From assembly GCF_009914755.1 (NCBI RefSeq), contig NC_060929.1: DNA of 64,000 nucleotides, one strand, 5' to 3'. Below, one piece after another: positions 1-13,624 of this stretch (positions within the stretch are counted from its first letter, which is position 1; every line of letters starts with the position of its first letter). Source of the DNA: the human T2T-CHM13v2.0 reference genome, Homo sapiens. Both the position numbers and the translations under genes were made by a program. Below the pieces are notes generated by a model, which saw only the letters and a list, made by a program, of their open reading frames with translations, had not been told where the DNA came from and ran no database searches.

Positions 1-3000
1 GCCGAATTTCCCAACTACTCCATTAGTTAGTGAAACCCTCACATGTTGTAAAAAGAGAAAATTGAGAGACACCACAGCAATAGTGTTACTTGACAATTAT
101 AGATATTATAATTAAAGCACCTGGTATAAACTCAGCACATTGTAGTCATTCATGATGATGATGGTGATTATGGAGATAATTATGACTATAAAATGGTCTT
201 CATTCCAATGAGACTGTTATTTGAATTGCTTGGCTTCAAATGGGAAACCCTGAAGGACAGCACATGTCAGTTTTCTATGCTTACACAATAACCTACACAG
301 CTCCCTTGTGTAAAAGAAGCTAATAAAAATAAATGTAATATTATGGTGAGGATGATATGATTAATTCTAATAACCAGTGATTACCATGAGCTCAAAGGTA
401 CATGATTGCCACTATAATAGGAAGCAGGATAAAATGGAATTGCCACATATTCCATATCCTAAATAAACGTCACATTGATCATTCAACATCAGTTTTATTT
501 ATTTGGCTGCAATATAATTCATATGTACACTTGAGAACTAAGTAGGAGAGTTTAGCAAAATTTCTATTTCTAAAAATAGAAGTGATGAAGACATAAAATA
601 GTTTCCATGTTCTCTTAAACAGAGATACACATAAACATATCATCCAGGAAAAAGAAGTACAGTACCATTTTGTATGTTTCAGACACATGTTTTCTTTGCA
701 CAAAGGCTAAACATAGGAGTAATTTATATAGTATTTTCTCATAACAAATTGTATTTCAAAGAAAATTGTTATTTCCAAGACTTGCTCATAAAATAACAGC
801 CTTTGTAGGTCTTCACCATGAATTTTATATAAACTATACGAGATTGTTTCAGAATTTTGGCTATATTTTTCCTTATAGCTAAGAATAATGGGTAATAATT
901 CCTTCTACCTTTAAAAGGAAACACTTGAAAAAAAACATGTGGAAATCTCATCAAAACCATAACCAACCCTGAGATCTTAGTCGTATCACTCATCTTCAGC
1001 CCATGTAGGTAAAGCCTAGACATTGGATAGAGAGGGAGATCTTTTAATGGAAATTTGTGCAATAAGAACACTGTTATGCCTCTCTGTTCTTTATTTTGGG
1101 TAGAAATGAGGAGAGAGAGCTTTCTCCCCTCAAGTGGAAAAGCAGGAGTGGCCAAAGAGCTCATCAGAGATTTTGGAAGTGGCTTTCCAGCTAGGAATAT
1201 TTTTTTCCTGCATGAATGCCACCAAAGTGCTCAAGAATATAGACCTTTTCTAATTTGCTACTGAAAGGGAGTAGGAAGAAATTATTAAGACAATGAGACA
1301 CGTATCCCCTGCAGTTTGTTGGTCAGAGAAAATGATGCCTGACTTTCACAGAAGTCTAAAGGAAAGAGGTTGGCTGTAGCCTCCTCTGATTTCAGGGAAA
1401 GAAGCATGTCTACCTTTGGAACAACTTTTATTTATTTTCTTTAGCTGGGAAAAGGTGTAAGGTTTCTCATGGGCCAAGTGAATGCTTAAAAGGTAGCCAG
1501 ACTAGAGCCATCTCAAAAGGACTAAAAGGACCTTGACCAAGGAGGATCTCTCCTGGTATGATGGGAGCCCAGGAAAAAGAAATACTGTGGGGTCTTATGT
1601 TAGAAGGCAGGAGTTAGAGGGGCAGTAAACAATGAGCTGGTGAGTATATGACTTGCACCTGGCAAAGGTGCCATAAAGGGCTTCTTGGTGAGGATTCTCT
1701 GACATTTCCGTCACTTGTGTGTCCTATGAGAAAGAGCCAGCCTTTGGGCATCCACCTCCCTGAGAATCAATTATCACATTGTAACAGCAAAAGTCAGATC
1801 TTGCTTCATTTCTCTGATTCTACTTTCCCTCTGTCCCTCAGTCAGAAGAAGCCAGAAGCAACAGTTTATTTGGAATAAGAAAAGAGACAAAACAGAACAC
1901 ATTCCCCCTTTCTAATACAGATACCCATCCTTGTGCCTAGTCTGAGGATGATGAAAGGATAAATTTTAAATTGGATGTGAGATGCTAGTATTGAATTAGA
2001 TTCAACTAGATTTTTTAAAACTTGGAAGTGAGTTGATTTACCTAAAAGTAACTGGAAAGCTATGCAATCTATTGAAATAATACAAAAAAAAAAAAAAAAC
2101 CCAAAACACACACATGCACACGTGCACGTGGCAAAGAAAGTAACCAGGAAAAAGAAGATACAGTTTACTACTTATATCCTACAGAATTTAATTCATTTAA
2201 TAGACCAATTTTATGGACCTTAAATTTTCTTTAACAAATATTCTCTCTCACCTGTTTATATATGAAAACCATTATTTTTAATAAAATAAGTTTGAATCTT
2301 GGAGGGCAGAGAGAAAGAATACAAATTAAAATGGTAGGACATTAATTAGCCCAACATTGGAACAGACTTATAAGAGTAGCCAACAGAGCCAACTATTTTC
2401 TACATGATTATCTTGAGATCAGAAAAGCTAAATTATTTGCTTAAGCCCGAACAACTAGACATACCAAGAGAGCACATCTTGGTCTTAGAATTCGTGACTT
2501 GTAGACAAGTTTTTGATCTACCATGGTAATAAGTGGTTTACCTGAGACAGACAGGGACAGACATAACTATTACTATCCTTATTATTATGTTAATTATTAG
2601 TTCTGGGCTTTGGCTCTTTTCAGAACACTACACTTTTGAATTGAAGTTGGGGACAAGATTTCAGCTCTAAGCGATGTCTTTGTAAAATTTTGGCCTGGTT
2701 TAGAGTCTCCTTACAAGCCCTCAAAAGACACATATATATCATAAAACACATGTATCCTACATAATCCTCTTACATACATAAAATGATACAAAAAATTAAA
2801 TAAGTGTAGGAATAATTTCCACATAATATTTTTTCTTAAAAAATGTACTGAAAATTAATAGGTTTGAAGCACTGAGCTTATTTTTTTTTTCTGGTCCAAT
2901 AGAAAAAATATTTATTTTCTAGCAATGAATTTACTTCAAGAAAATATATCAAAATATTTTCATTCCCAGTTTAGCTTAGTCTAAGCTGATTTTATGTACA

Positions 3001-3139
3001 TTTATTAACAGGTAACAACCAGAAGACCTTTTCTAGACCAAAATGACAAATTGCAAATAGATTGGAAAGAATCTAAGAATGGTATAGTACTAATTTTATT
3101 TTATCCACAAAGAAAGTATACTGCCATTTGATAAATTAA

Positions 3140-3930
3140 AAAGAACCAAATTAGCTTTTGCCTTTGTAACTATGAATATGCTTTGAATTGTAAGTAGCAG
3201 AAAACTATCTTATATTAGAATTTACTGGCCTCACAAATTTAAGTTAGCAGGTCTTCAGGCTGGTGGAGTCAGTGACACAATGGTGTAATTATTACATGGA
3301 AGTGTAACTAAGGTTCTTCCCACTTTTCTACTTTTCCTTTTACTATCAACTTTTTTCTGTCCTGGGTCATTTGTCGACCAATCCCAGCTAAGATAAATGC
3401 TATGGCCAATACCGCTATCTGCCTATTCTTAATTTATTCTCCCTTTACCTCTAGAAGATCTGATTTTATTTAGGGCCACAATGCCCTTGTTTAAAAATTG
3501 CATTTTCCCTCGTAGCTAGATATAGTTATGTGATCAAGTTTTTGCCAAGGAAAAGAGATGTATGGGCCTTCCAACTAAACTCTCTAAAGGGGATGAGCAT
3601 TCTCCATTTCTAAGTCTTGTCAGTTATGTGTAATACTGAGGATTCCAGCAGTGATCTTTAAAATAGGTGTTGAGCCCTTCTTCTCCTATTCCCTTTCTCC
3701 TTCTTTCTGGCTGGAGTAAGATTTTAACAGATGGAAATATAGAAAAAGCCTGGGACTCCAATGGCTTTGTTGAGCTGCCATACCATGCCTAGTTGGTCTA
3801 TCGTCAGACTTCTTTCTTAAGATGACAGCTGACACTAATCATAATGGATACAAACACCATGTTTGTGTTGGCTTGGCCCTCCTTCTAAATCAATCAATGT
3901 CAACGGAGCTGGAATTAGCAAGACTGGTTT
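3140..3930. mobile_element. Degraded MaLR LTR fragments (MLT1J/K-like), probably nested
   Basis: Segments such as 'tagctagatatagttatgtgatcaagtt' and 'gagctgccataccatgcctag' resemble old MLT1 LTRs. Highly diverged; boundaries uncertain. Confidence 0.4.
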
Positions 3931-3934
3931 AAAC

Positions 3935-4092
3935 CAGTGGCTGTCAACTTTGACTGCAGTTTAAAGTCACCTGGGGAGTTTTAAAATCTTGGTCTCTACT
4001 TCAGACAAATTAAATCAGAGTCTCTGCATTGAAACCCAGGCATCATAGCTTTTAAACTCCACAGGTGATTCTAGTATTGAGCCAACTGGCTT
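3935..4092. mobile_element. MER5-family hAT-Charlie MITE
   Basis: 'cagtggctgtcaac...tcacctggggag...aaatcagagtctctg...caggtgattcta' follows the MER5 layout. Confidence 0.7.
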
Positions 4093-4896
4093 AACTTACG
4101 GACTGCTCACCCTTGGAAGAAAGGTCAATCTCCAAACCACATTGCTGCTGCATAGTGCTGGGAGGAGTGGGCTGGATGTTATAGAGTCAACCCCGATGTG
4201 CACTGCCAGCTACTATCCTAAAAATGTCACAGTGCAGTAAGAAAGAGGTTGTTTACTTTAGAAACACACATGCATATAAGGAATAAGGAGAGCGTAAGCA
4301 ATTATGTTGTCCTTATTGTATCATAAATAATCAGAAAAATTCAGGGAGGGAGAAAACAATTCTGGTCCTCTGTTAAAATGCCAGTTGTTGTCCTCTGTGT
4401 TAATGAAGTTAAAAGCTATTTTGTTACAGGCCTGTACTCCAAACCAAAGGGTACACTATTTCCCTTTGATTGATCTCATGCTATATAAAAAAGTCTTTCT
4501 TTGTTCACTATTTTTTCTCTAAAATGCATCCTTAGCAACTGTCTCAGTATAGTAAGCAAAACCTCAGTTTACGATGACCTCTTAAGATGATTTGGGAGTT
4601 GTGGAGAATTACTCTGTGGAATTATGAACATTAATGTAATCTTCCAAGTCTACCAAAAATATAAGAATAGTGAAAACAGAAAAAGATAAGTAAATTTTAA
4701 TTATTTCTAGTAGTATAAAATGGCAGTTTCAATATTATATACCAAAATATTGGAAAATGTATAAACCATGCACAAAGGTACATAAGTGAAAAAAAGACAT
4801 GGTAAAATATGAAAACATTTTCAGTATGCAATATTGGGGGTAAGTAGCTTTGACGGAAGTAGTAATCCCTCAAAAGGGAAAATTATAAATAGACTA

Positions 4897-5195
4897 GGCT
4901 GTGTGCAGTGGCTCACGCCTGTAATCCCAGCGCTTTGGGAGGCTAAGAAGGGTGGTTCACTTGAGGTCAGGAGTTCGAGACCAGCCTGGCCAAAATAGTG
5001 AAACCCCATCTCTACTAAAGATAAAGAAATTAGCCGGACATGGTGGCACGTACCTGTAGTCCCAGCTACTCGGATGCTGAGACAGGAGAATCGTTTGAGC
5101 TCGGGAAGCGGAGGTTGCAGTAAGCCAAGATCGCGCCACTGCACTCCAGCCTGGGTGACAGAGTGAGACTCCATCTCAGAGGAAAAAAAAAAAAA
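4897..5195 (+). mobile_element. AluS, full length
   Basis: Dimeric Alu with A-tail. Imperfect TSD: agggaaaattataaatagact (4875-4895) and agggaaaaattacaaacagact (5199-5220). Confidence 0.97.
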
Positions 5196-5430
5196 CCTAG
5201 GGAAAAATTACAAACAGACTGCATGCAGAAATTTCTGTTTATACATATTGGTCTCGAATATGATTTTACCTCTTTTTCTAGACTGTGTCACCATTAGGCT
5301 CACTTAATTATTACATTAACAGTATGTTTGATATTCAGGAGTCCCTGGGGAGAATACACAAGTATATTTCCATGCTATCACTGTACATGATAATATAGTA
5401 GTCACTGTTGTTCTTAAGCATGTTGGTGAC

Positions 5431-6244
5431 TGTAGCAGATAATGCCAGTGCTCTGCCCTTCACTTCTAATACCCTGAATCTTAACTAGCCTTCAGAGCAC
5501 TGCCAATGGCCGCTGAAGCTACCTTGGCTACATCCAAAGAGAAGGGGTTTCTGATAATTTGGAGTGGATCCTCATTAGTCATGGCTTTTGTATTTGAGAA
5601 TTCATCTACTTACTAAAGCTTATTTGTAACCTCTAAATCAATGATGTGCCTTGTGGAAAAAATGTAAGTGATAGATAAGCTTAATTCAGGCATGAGTTAC
5701 AATGTTGTCCATTAATTCAATGTTAATGAATAAAACATGTATGTTAAGTAAGGTGTCTTTAAACAGAAACCCGTAAAACAAGGTTATATGGTCATTGGTT
5801 GACAAAAATGTGATGAAAGCCTTGTAGAAACCTAACCTTTTATTTCCTCTAGGTACAATGATCAGGATTCATCATTCAGTGTTCACGATGATTTTGTAGA
5901 ACATAACTACCTTGAATAACAAGAATCAACTTTATTTCTCTTAGTGGGGACTAGGAGTATTTAAGCACCCGTGGACTAGAGACTGGCAGGTATTGATGTA
6001 AGAAAGTCTGCTCTCTTGCTTTGCATGAGGATACTTTTGAGGTATAATCTAGACTCCAAAATTCTGCAGACTGAAGCCTTCCTCTGTAGGATTTCCCCTA
6101 AGATTGCAGCCTTGTTTCCCTTCCTCCCTACTCTGTCCTACTTTAACTAGTATTTTGCCAGTTCCTGCTGAGAGTATTCTTAATAAATCATTTGCACAAA
6201 AATGATCTTATCAGAGTAAGCTTCTAGAGTATTTGACCAAGACA
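5431..6244 (+). mobile_element. ERVL solo LTR (LTR16-like), interrupted by a Tigger-type MITE
   Basis: Begins 'tgtagcagat...gtgctctgccc' and ends 'aataaatcatttgcac...gaccaagaca', with TG...CA termini and a poly(A) signal. Confidence 0.6.
5562..5932. mobile_element. TcMar-Tigger non-autonomous element (MER82-like), internally deleted
   Basis: Degenerate 23-bp terminal inverted repeats (16/23 by hand) followed by TA. Internal 'taaggtgtctttaaacagaaac' matches this family as I recall it. Confidence 0.6.
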
Positions 6245-6304
6245 AAAAATTCAACCTAAAACTTAAATATTAACAGAGTAAATGCCAATATGGGGTATAA
6301 CATA

Positions 6305-6557
6305 ATAATAATTACAGCAACAATAGCTACCATTTCCTCACCACTTATAAGGTATCATACATTGCAGTAAACACTTATCTTGCTTAATCTACACTGCTAC
6401 ACTATACTATAAATATTTTAGTCACCATTTTATAGAGGAAGAGACTAAGTTGAGAGAGTTTAAATTGTCCAAGATTGAGCCTAGTACTTAAGCTATAGAG
6501 CTGAAATTATAACTCTAAACCATGTGTCCCAAAAGGTTATAATCTTAAACCACTATG
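6305..6557 (-). mobile_element. MIR SINE
   Basis: Core 'ccattttatagaggaagagactaagttgagagagtttaaattgtccaag'. Confidence 0.7.
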
Positions 6558-6739
6558 ATGTGACCTTTTGATATATATAGTATAGTAAATTGACCTTTTG
6601 TGTTCCAGTTGCAGAATAATTTTTGCCTAAATTTTTATAAATAATAGTTGGTTGTTGTGCTTAAAATAACTGTCTATAATACCGGTCTTCAAAGAAGTAC
6701 ATAGCATATGAAACAGGAACTATTAGTTCTACTATCCGA

Positions 6740-7226
6740 GCTTAGAGCAGAAACTAGACCCTTCAGTATGTCTTAGAAGGCCACACTGATCTGGCCCTGT
6801 TCACCTCTTCAGTTACACAGATAACTTCTTCTCTTTCCACAAAAACACAAAGTTCACGTTATCCCTAGGACACTGCCACAGGCATTTCTCAGATCTTCAC
6901 AAAGCTGAAGATCTTTATTTTTAATTTTTAAATTTCACTTTATTAAATTATAACCTCTTCACAGAAGCTTTCTCTGCCAAAATAACCTGAATAAACCAAC
7001 TCACCTGCAGCATTCACTATCCTTCACAAACACTGTTTTATTTTAATGGTAACAGTTGGCACTTTTTGGAATTATCTCTTGTTTCATTGTGTATTGTCTT
7101 TCCCCCTCACTAAAATCTGAGCTCTATTAGAGGGATAACCCATTTGTCTTGCTCACCGCCTTTATACCACCACCTGGAACACAATACATCCTCAATAAAT
7201 ATTTGTTTACCAAATGAATAAGTGAA
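6740..7226 (+). mobile_element. L2 3' end
   Basis: Ends 'ctcaataaatatttgtt...aatgaataagtgaa', a typical L2 terminus. Confidence 0.7.
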
Positions 7227-7900
7227 CATTAATGTGAAACTGTGGGTTAATGTAAGACTGAAATATTAGCCCGAATTCACTGAAGACTCTTTCAGGTGTT
7301 CTTACAAAGCCCTTTGTGAGTGTTATACATATGTAGCTGCCTTTCTATTGGCATCTGCTTTTATATCTGTTCTTGGTAACTACGAAGTAAATGATCAAAT
7401 CTGGACAGAGAAAGACTCTTTCATGGCATCTCATAGTCTATGGTGTATGCCATTGTTTTTGGTTTTCTGTGATTTTAGTTTCCTTTTGAAAAATCATATT
7501 TTAATATGATATAGCAAAGAATAGGCCAAATATTGATTTTATATATTATCCTGTTATTTGCTTTTCTTTACTGAGTCTATGAAAATAGTGGCAGTACTCT
7601 CATTAATGTGTTCGCTCATTAATGTCTCTCATAGATATAGTTCAATCTCTCGTTAATGCTACTTCAGTGATTTGTGTGTGGGGTGTGTGTGCGTGTGCAT
7701 GTGCGCATGTGCATATCAGGAGATATTTTAACTGTACTCAAATTTTAGCTACCTGAACCCAACAGGAATTACTTATTATACTATTTCAAGCTTTTTGGCA
7801 ACTTGAAGCCTAGTGATTTAAATGCTGTTTCTTCAATTTGTACCTTTGTAATATGTATTATAAACTCATCTACCTGCAAATATCTTTTTTTTCGAAATTT

Positions 7901-7927
7901 TGAACATTATGAACATTATGAACATTA
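7901..7927. repeat. Tandem repeat (tgaacatta)x3
   Basis: Three exact 9-bp copies read directly. Confidence 0.95.
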
Positions 7928-8853
7928 CTGTGATATGTTAATGATACAGCTATTGATACTGAAATACATATATATATTAAACTTTAGTGGAACAGCATGT
8001 GGAATTTAAATATAAATCTGTAGTTGAATAAAGTGACTGAATAAAGCACTTTATTCTATATATATGTATATATGCATTTGGGGCATGAATTTGAATGACT
8101 ACTGGCATTGACAATTGCTCTAAAATATGTTTTTTAATTAAGAACAAGCTTTCACACTACATTTTGATTATCCAGTAACTTTTTGAAAAAGAAGATCTGG
8201 AACACACCACTGAAAAATTCCTATGAATAGTGGACTTATTGCAAAAGAATTGAATCCAATAATGGAACAGCCTCCACATGTATGAATTTTTTAGGTTCCA
8301 GAAATTAACTGTTTATTTTTGCCATCAGCTGTCTACACTCAAAACACTTCAGGATTTCATTCTTGATTACACAATAGGTTACTCTTTCACTGTTTTTACA
8401 CATTAAGTTAAAATTGGCAATCATGAGTTTATTGCAAGCATATTTAAGGCACTGTGCAAGGACTTGGGTGTGATATACAGATAAGTAAGAAATCCACCGC
8501 CTCCATCAAATATCTATTGTTGACAGAAATAGCAAATCTGTATACAATGCAATACATGATAGAAACAAGAGAGAATCTAATATACTTTTAAGCAAAATGT
8601 TTTTGAAATACTAATCAGCCAAGGTCCTAACAGGAAATAGATGTAACACTCACGGAGCAAGTAGGGAGAGTTTAATGAGGTGATTGCTTGCAAGAGCGTG
8701 AGGAATAGATAGTGAAGCACTCAAGGACAGCAACAACAAGGAGCTATCATTTACTCTGGGACTGAGGATACAGTTGGAGGTATGCTTACTAGAACCCAGA
8801 GAGAGATGCAGTGGTAGCTGTAGTGAAGGCAACCTTATGACGTTGTGACCTTC

Positions 8854-9205
8854 TGTATTAGTCCATTTTCCTGCTGCTAATGAAGACATACCTGAATGAC
8901 TGGACAATTTATAAAGGAAAGAGGTTTAATGGACTCACAGTTCCACATGGCTGGGGAGGCCTCACAATCATGGTGGAAGGTGAAGGAGGAGCAAAGTCAC
9001 ATCTTACATGGCAGCAGGCAAAGAGAGCTTGTGCAGGGGAACTCCCATTTATGAAACCATCAGATCTTGTGAGACTTATTCACTACCATGAGAACAGTAT
9101 TGGGGAAACCACCCCCATGATTCACTTATCTTCACCTGGCCCTGCCCTTGGGGATTATTACAATTCAAGGTGAGATTTGGGTGGGGACACAGCCAAAGGA
9201 TATTA
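8854..9205 (-). mobile_element. THE1 (THE1C-like) MaLR solo LTR
   Basis: 'tgtattagtccattttc...gagatttgggtggggacacagccaaa'. Perfect 5-bp TSD ccttc (8849-8853 and 9206-9210). Confidence 0.95.
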
Positions 9206-9395
9206 CCTTCCCACGAGGAACATAGCTACTGCCAATTTCCAGGCTGGAAGTGAGAAACTGGGGAAATCAGTATTCTAAACTCGCTCTCTCACCATGAATC
9301 TCCTACTTGTGCCCCCTTAGGTCTGTTGACCCCAAACTGAAGCCAAGGGAAAACGGAGCCTGAGAGATGCAGGTCATACTGGTCAGCCTCCCTGG

Positions 9396-9635
9396 CAGGC
9401 CTGACTAGGGGGGAATGAGTGAGACACTTGCCTCTTCAGCAAAATTTAAGGAGGCACCACTAATCAAAATAATGTTTTAGTGTAGTTTTAAAATTAAAAC
9501 AAATAGCAATGATGAACAAAACATCAAAAGTTTGAATAAAGACAATATTAATATTACTGGATTTTCCTATTTTTATTTTTTGTTTTTGACTTTCCCTCTT
9601 GATTTAGCTTCTAGGATGGCTCATCAAAGTACTGC
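9396..9635. mobile_element. hAT-type MITE (subfamily uncertain)
   Basis: cag...ctg ends; internal 'gcaaaatttaaggaggc' and 'gatgaacaaaacatcaaaa'. Interrupts the LTR33-like element. Confidence 0.55.
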
Positions 9636-9743
9636 TTTTGGGTAACAGAGCAGAAAATGGGTGGAAAGTGCATTTTTAGGCTCAAAATGCTGGTTAATGA
9701 TGCATTGGAGTGTAGGAATGCTTTAAAAATCCCAACCTTGAGC

Positions 9744-9909
9744 CAGGGGTTGGATAAGGGTTTTGTGTGGTCATAGAGGATCTTCTATTCAGAAGTGCCC
9801 TACTTAGTATAATGCTCTGTGGTCACTGTCTTGAAATTCTTAATTTTTGAGTTAAAAGGTTCACATTTTCTTTTTGCAATGTATCCTGAAAATTACATAG
9901 CCAGCCCTG
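9744..9909. mobile_element. MER91A-like hAT MITE
   Basis: 'taatgctctgtggtcactgtcttgaaattcttaatttttga...aattacatagccagccctg'; homologous to 23701-23873. Confidence 0.65.
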
Positions 9910-9964
9910 GCCTTTGACTATGGTTTTCATGTTAAATTTAGATAGATTTATTTGTTTTTATTTT

Positions 9965-11260
9965 TTAAATTAAACATTTTAAAATAATTTTAATTGCACA
10001 TACAGTTGTAAGAAATAATATAGAGTGATACCATGTTTCTTTTACCCAGTTTCCCGCAGTGGTAACATCTTACAAAACTATCCTACAGATAGTACAACCA
10101 GGATACTGGTATTAATACAGTCAAACTACAGAACAATTCTACCACCACAAGGATCCCTTATGTTGCTCTTTTCTAGCCATGCCTATATAGAGCCCCTTCT
10201 CTCCCCCATAATCCCCACCATCATTGATCCTTGATACCCACTAATCTGTTTTTCATTTTAAGATTACTATATAAATAGAATTATAGAGTGTGTGACCTTT
10301 TGATATTAACTTTTTCACTCAGCATAATTTCCAGGAGTTTTCCAAGTTGCTGTGTTATCTATAGTTTGTTCCTTGTTATTGCTTAATAGTATTCCACGGT
10401 ATGGTTGTACTGTATTTTAACCACTTACTCATTCAAGGACATCTTGTTGGTGTGTGTAGAATGCCTTTCTCAATCATATTGTGGTTTTCTTGGTTCTTAA
10501 TATGAGTGATTTTCTATTCTACCCTGGACACTTCAGATATCATGAGATACTGGATCCCACCTAAGCATTTTATTGTTGTTGTTGTTTTAATAAGCAGTCC
10601 ATCTGTTTCATGAGGACTAGGTGAGTGTGTAAACTCAGTTTCCCTTTGTCCTACTGACATCACTCAGGCAAAGTGGGGCACTAGTTAGCATTGCCTTATT
10701 TTAGGATCAGTAGGATGGAGCCTCCCTGCCACTTTCTGGGTGAAAGTGGCAAAAGGATTATTACAGTCTAGTTGCCTTTGAATGAAAGTGGAAACTCAGC
10801 TTTCCACTAGGCTCACTGATACCAAGGGAGAGAAACGTGGAGTACTTGCTATCCCTGCCTCCCACTGCCTCGTTAAGGAGTGAAGGTGTGTTTTAATTCT
10901 TTTGATATTTGGCTGGACCAGGGCAGGAAAAATGCTTTTATCTGTTAGACCACCCTGTAGTGTGTCCTTTGTTTAGGAGGAAGAGGCTCTTAGAGTTTTT
11001 TCTGTCTACCTCTTTGTGGTTCCTTTTTGGAGGCTTCTGCTATCCCGTCTGTGATATACGACAACCAATAAGGAAATTCAGAGAATATATCATTTGTTGT
11101 TCTGCAAGTCCTAAGGTCCCTACACAGTCCACATTCTTCTTTCCACATTTCAGGGAGCGCCTGTATTTGTTTGTTGTGTTATGTCCAGAATATTTTGGGA
11201 TAAGAGGGAAGATATAGAGGAATGTTAATCTGTCTTGGTATAACCAAAATCTCTGGGTAA
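9965..11260 (-). mobile_element. Old L1M fragments (3' UTR joined to 5'-region sequence)
   Basis: 'acccagtttcccgcagtggtaacatcttacaaaactat' is an L1MB/MC-type 3' end in reverse; the distal part resembles L1M 5' sequence. Confidence 0.6.
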
Positions 11261-12621
11261 CATTTCAAAATACAGAAATGAGTTGGAGGGAGGTTAGGCA
11301 ATCAGTGGAAAAGTATACCAAAAAACAAAAACAAAAAACCTCACAAAAGTGGAAAAATTGTCTCTTTATTTACTATATTAACTCATCTTCTAGGGCCTTA
11401 GTTTCATTTTCCCCTGCTTAATTTTCAAATTTCATCATGCTTTTCAGCTTTCTGACTCAGAGTCTGACTTTATATAGAAATTGCAAAACAATCATAGCAT
11501 TTTAGATGTTTTGCTTGGTGATCAGAATTATATTGGGAATAAAGTTGGGATATTTGATTGTTTTCTTTTCTGATCTTTATGCTGACTGCAGTATCAGATA
11601 CCATTTCATTGTTTAAAAATCTTCCTTTTTTTTTTTTTTTTTTTTTGCATTTTGCTCTTTTGTCATTGTTTCAAAGTCAAGTTGATGGCCACAAAATTCC
11701 AGAGGCTAAGCAATGCAGAAGTTTCATCTACTGGCAGCTAGTTTTATTTCTTAAAAATACATTAAATTAGATTTTATAGGCATATCTGAGAACATTACAC
11801 TTTTGACTTTTAATAGTATCTTAATATATACAGACTTAGACATTCATCTTCAGTACCACTAGAAATAGATTAACTAGTCCTGTGCCTAAATTAGCGGAAA
11901 AATACATCTTTGAGTATCTGATAGATAGTAATCTGATAGAATATAACAAAATATGTAGTAATTAATATGTAGCAATTAAGAAAAAACTATAATCCTAGTT
12001 GTTAGATCAGTGTTTTCTGTTTCTTTTTTCTTTTGTTGTTTTTGTTTTTAATTTGAATCACATGACTTAGATACCCACAGCAGGTACAATAAAGCATTTT
12101 TAAAGTTCTTAAGAAGATTTGAAAAAACTCTGATAACTATGGTTCTAGCTAATTCCGAAATTAACCTTTCTCATATATGCCATATCATTTATTCTACAGG
12201 CTGTATCCTTCAGATGGTGTCATTTAAAAACTTAATGACAACTAATATTATCCCTTAAGGAAAGGTAACTTGGAGGAAGTTGATGTAGAAGAAGGCAACT
12301 CCATTTATCTAGGAAAACATCATGAGAGCTCAGATGAAGTCAGGGCAGTGAGTCTTGTGTAGGGAGGAGAGTTGAAAGAAAGTCAACAGGACTTGATAAC
12401 CAAATGTTTGGAGGGATGAAGAAGAAAGAGAAATTAAGTAAAACTGTGGCTTTAGTGTGTTTGAGTAGGTAGGCAAAGATAACAAATTCAATTCATTATC
12501 TAATTGGCAGCTGGAAATATTACTCTGGAGCTCAGAAAATGGATGGAGTGGATTTCTGAAGAGTGGAAAGTTATTGACTTAAAAGTGACACTTAGGTCCT
12601 AGATTGAAATTATAAAGCACA

Positions 12622-13009
12622 TGCTATAGCCTAAGTTGTGTCCCTCCCAAGTACATATGTTGACGCCCTAGTTCCCAATGTGACTACATTTGGAAGTAGA
12701 ACCCATAAGGTTGTAACTAAGGTTAAATGAGATCATAAGGGTGAAGTCCTCATTTGATAAAATGGTGTCCTTCCAGGAAGAGACATTAGAGAGCTCCTTT
12801 TCTCTCATTCTGAGTGAACTCCAAGGAAAGGTCATGCAAAACATAATAAGAAGGCTGCCATCTGCAAGTGAGAGAGCCCTCATCAGAAACCAAATTCACT
12901 GGAACCTTGATCTTGGATTTCCTAGCCAAGAGAAGTGTGAGAAATACATTTTTGTTCTTTAAGCCACCCAATCTGTGGTATTTTGTTAAAACAGCCAAAG
13001 CAGAAGAGA
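12622..13009 (+). mobile_element. MLT1B-like MaLR solo LTR
   Basis: 'tgctatagcctaagttgtgtccctccc...aggttaaatgagatcataagggtg...taagccacccaatctgtggtattttgtta'. Confidence 0.85.
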
Positions 13010-13221
13010 TTTTTCAGGGAAATTGGGAATCATGGGAAGAACTAAACTGTTAGTAGTCTTGGAAGTATAAATTTACTATTATTAATGGATGGTATTACCT
13101 GGATAATCAAAGTTATCAACTGGAATCTACCAGATTCAATGAGAGGATAATGCTCCACCCAGTAACAAGGTATGTGTTTTAAAAAAAACAGTAGCATTCC
13201 TAAATACCATTAATTACTAGA

Positions 13222-13537
13222 GGCTGGGTGTGGTGGCTCACACTTGTAATATCAGCACTTTGGGAGGCTGAGGCAGGAGGATTGCTTGAGGGTAGAGTTC
13301 AAGACTAGCATGGGTAACATAGTGAGATCCTCATCTCTACAACAAACAAACAACAGCAACAAAGCAAACTTAGCTGGGCATGGTGGTGTACACATGTAGT
13401 CCCAGCTACTTGGGACACTGAAATAGGAGGCTCAGTGGAGCCTGGGAGCTGGAGGTTGCAGTGAGCTGTGATCTGCACTTCAGAGCCTGGGCAACAGAGT
13501 GAGACTGTGCCTGGAAAAGAAAAAAAAAAAAAAGAAA
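13222..13537 (+). mobile_element. AluJ
   Basis: Diverged dimer with J-type 'ggaggattgcttgag', expanded middle A-rich linker and A-tail. Confidence 0.93.
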
Positions 13538-13624
13538 ATACAGTGGAACAAGAATCACATTTACAATAGCAAGACAAAATAAAATACATAGTGTTATATA
13601 AAGTAAATAAAAATTGTAAATATA

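Larger units (their letters stand above)
8612..9700 (-). mobile_element. ERVL solo LTR (LTR33-like), host to two nested insertions
   Basis: 'caggaaatagatgtaacactca...gagagtttaat', 'aactgaagccaaggg...ggtcagcctccc' and 'cagagcag...gggtggaaagtg' are collinear with LTR33 across the insertions. Confidence 0.65.

Noticed and set aside
769-1880. 131-aa ORF and neighbouring purine-rich region as an exon or LTR
   Set aside because: No recognisable domain or family. It may be an ancient LTR, but I cannot support a call.
4821-5174. 117-aa ORF '[13 protein letters not shown]...' and similar ORFs at 41447 and 50540
   Set aside because: Antisense Alu translations, not genes.
11626-11770. Poly(T) plus adjacent sequence as a processed pseudogene
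   Set aside because: No TSD, no poly(A) signal at the expected distance and no recognisable parent transcript.
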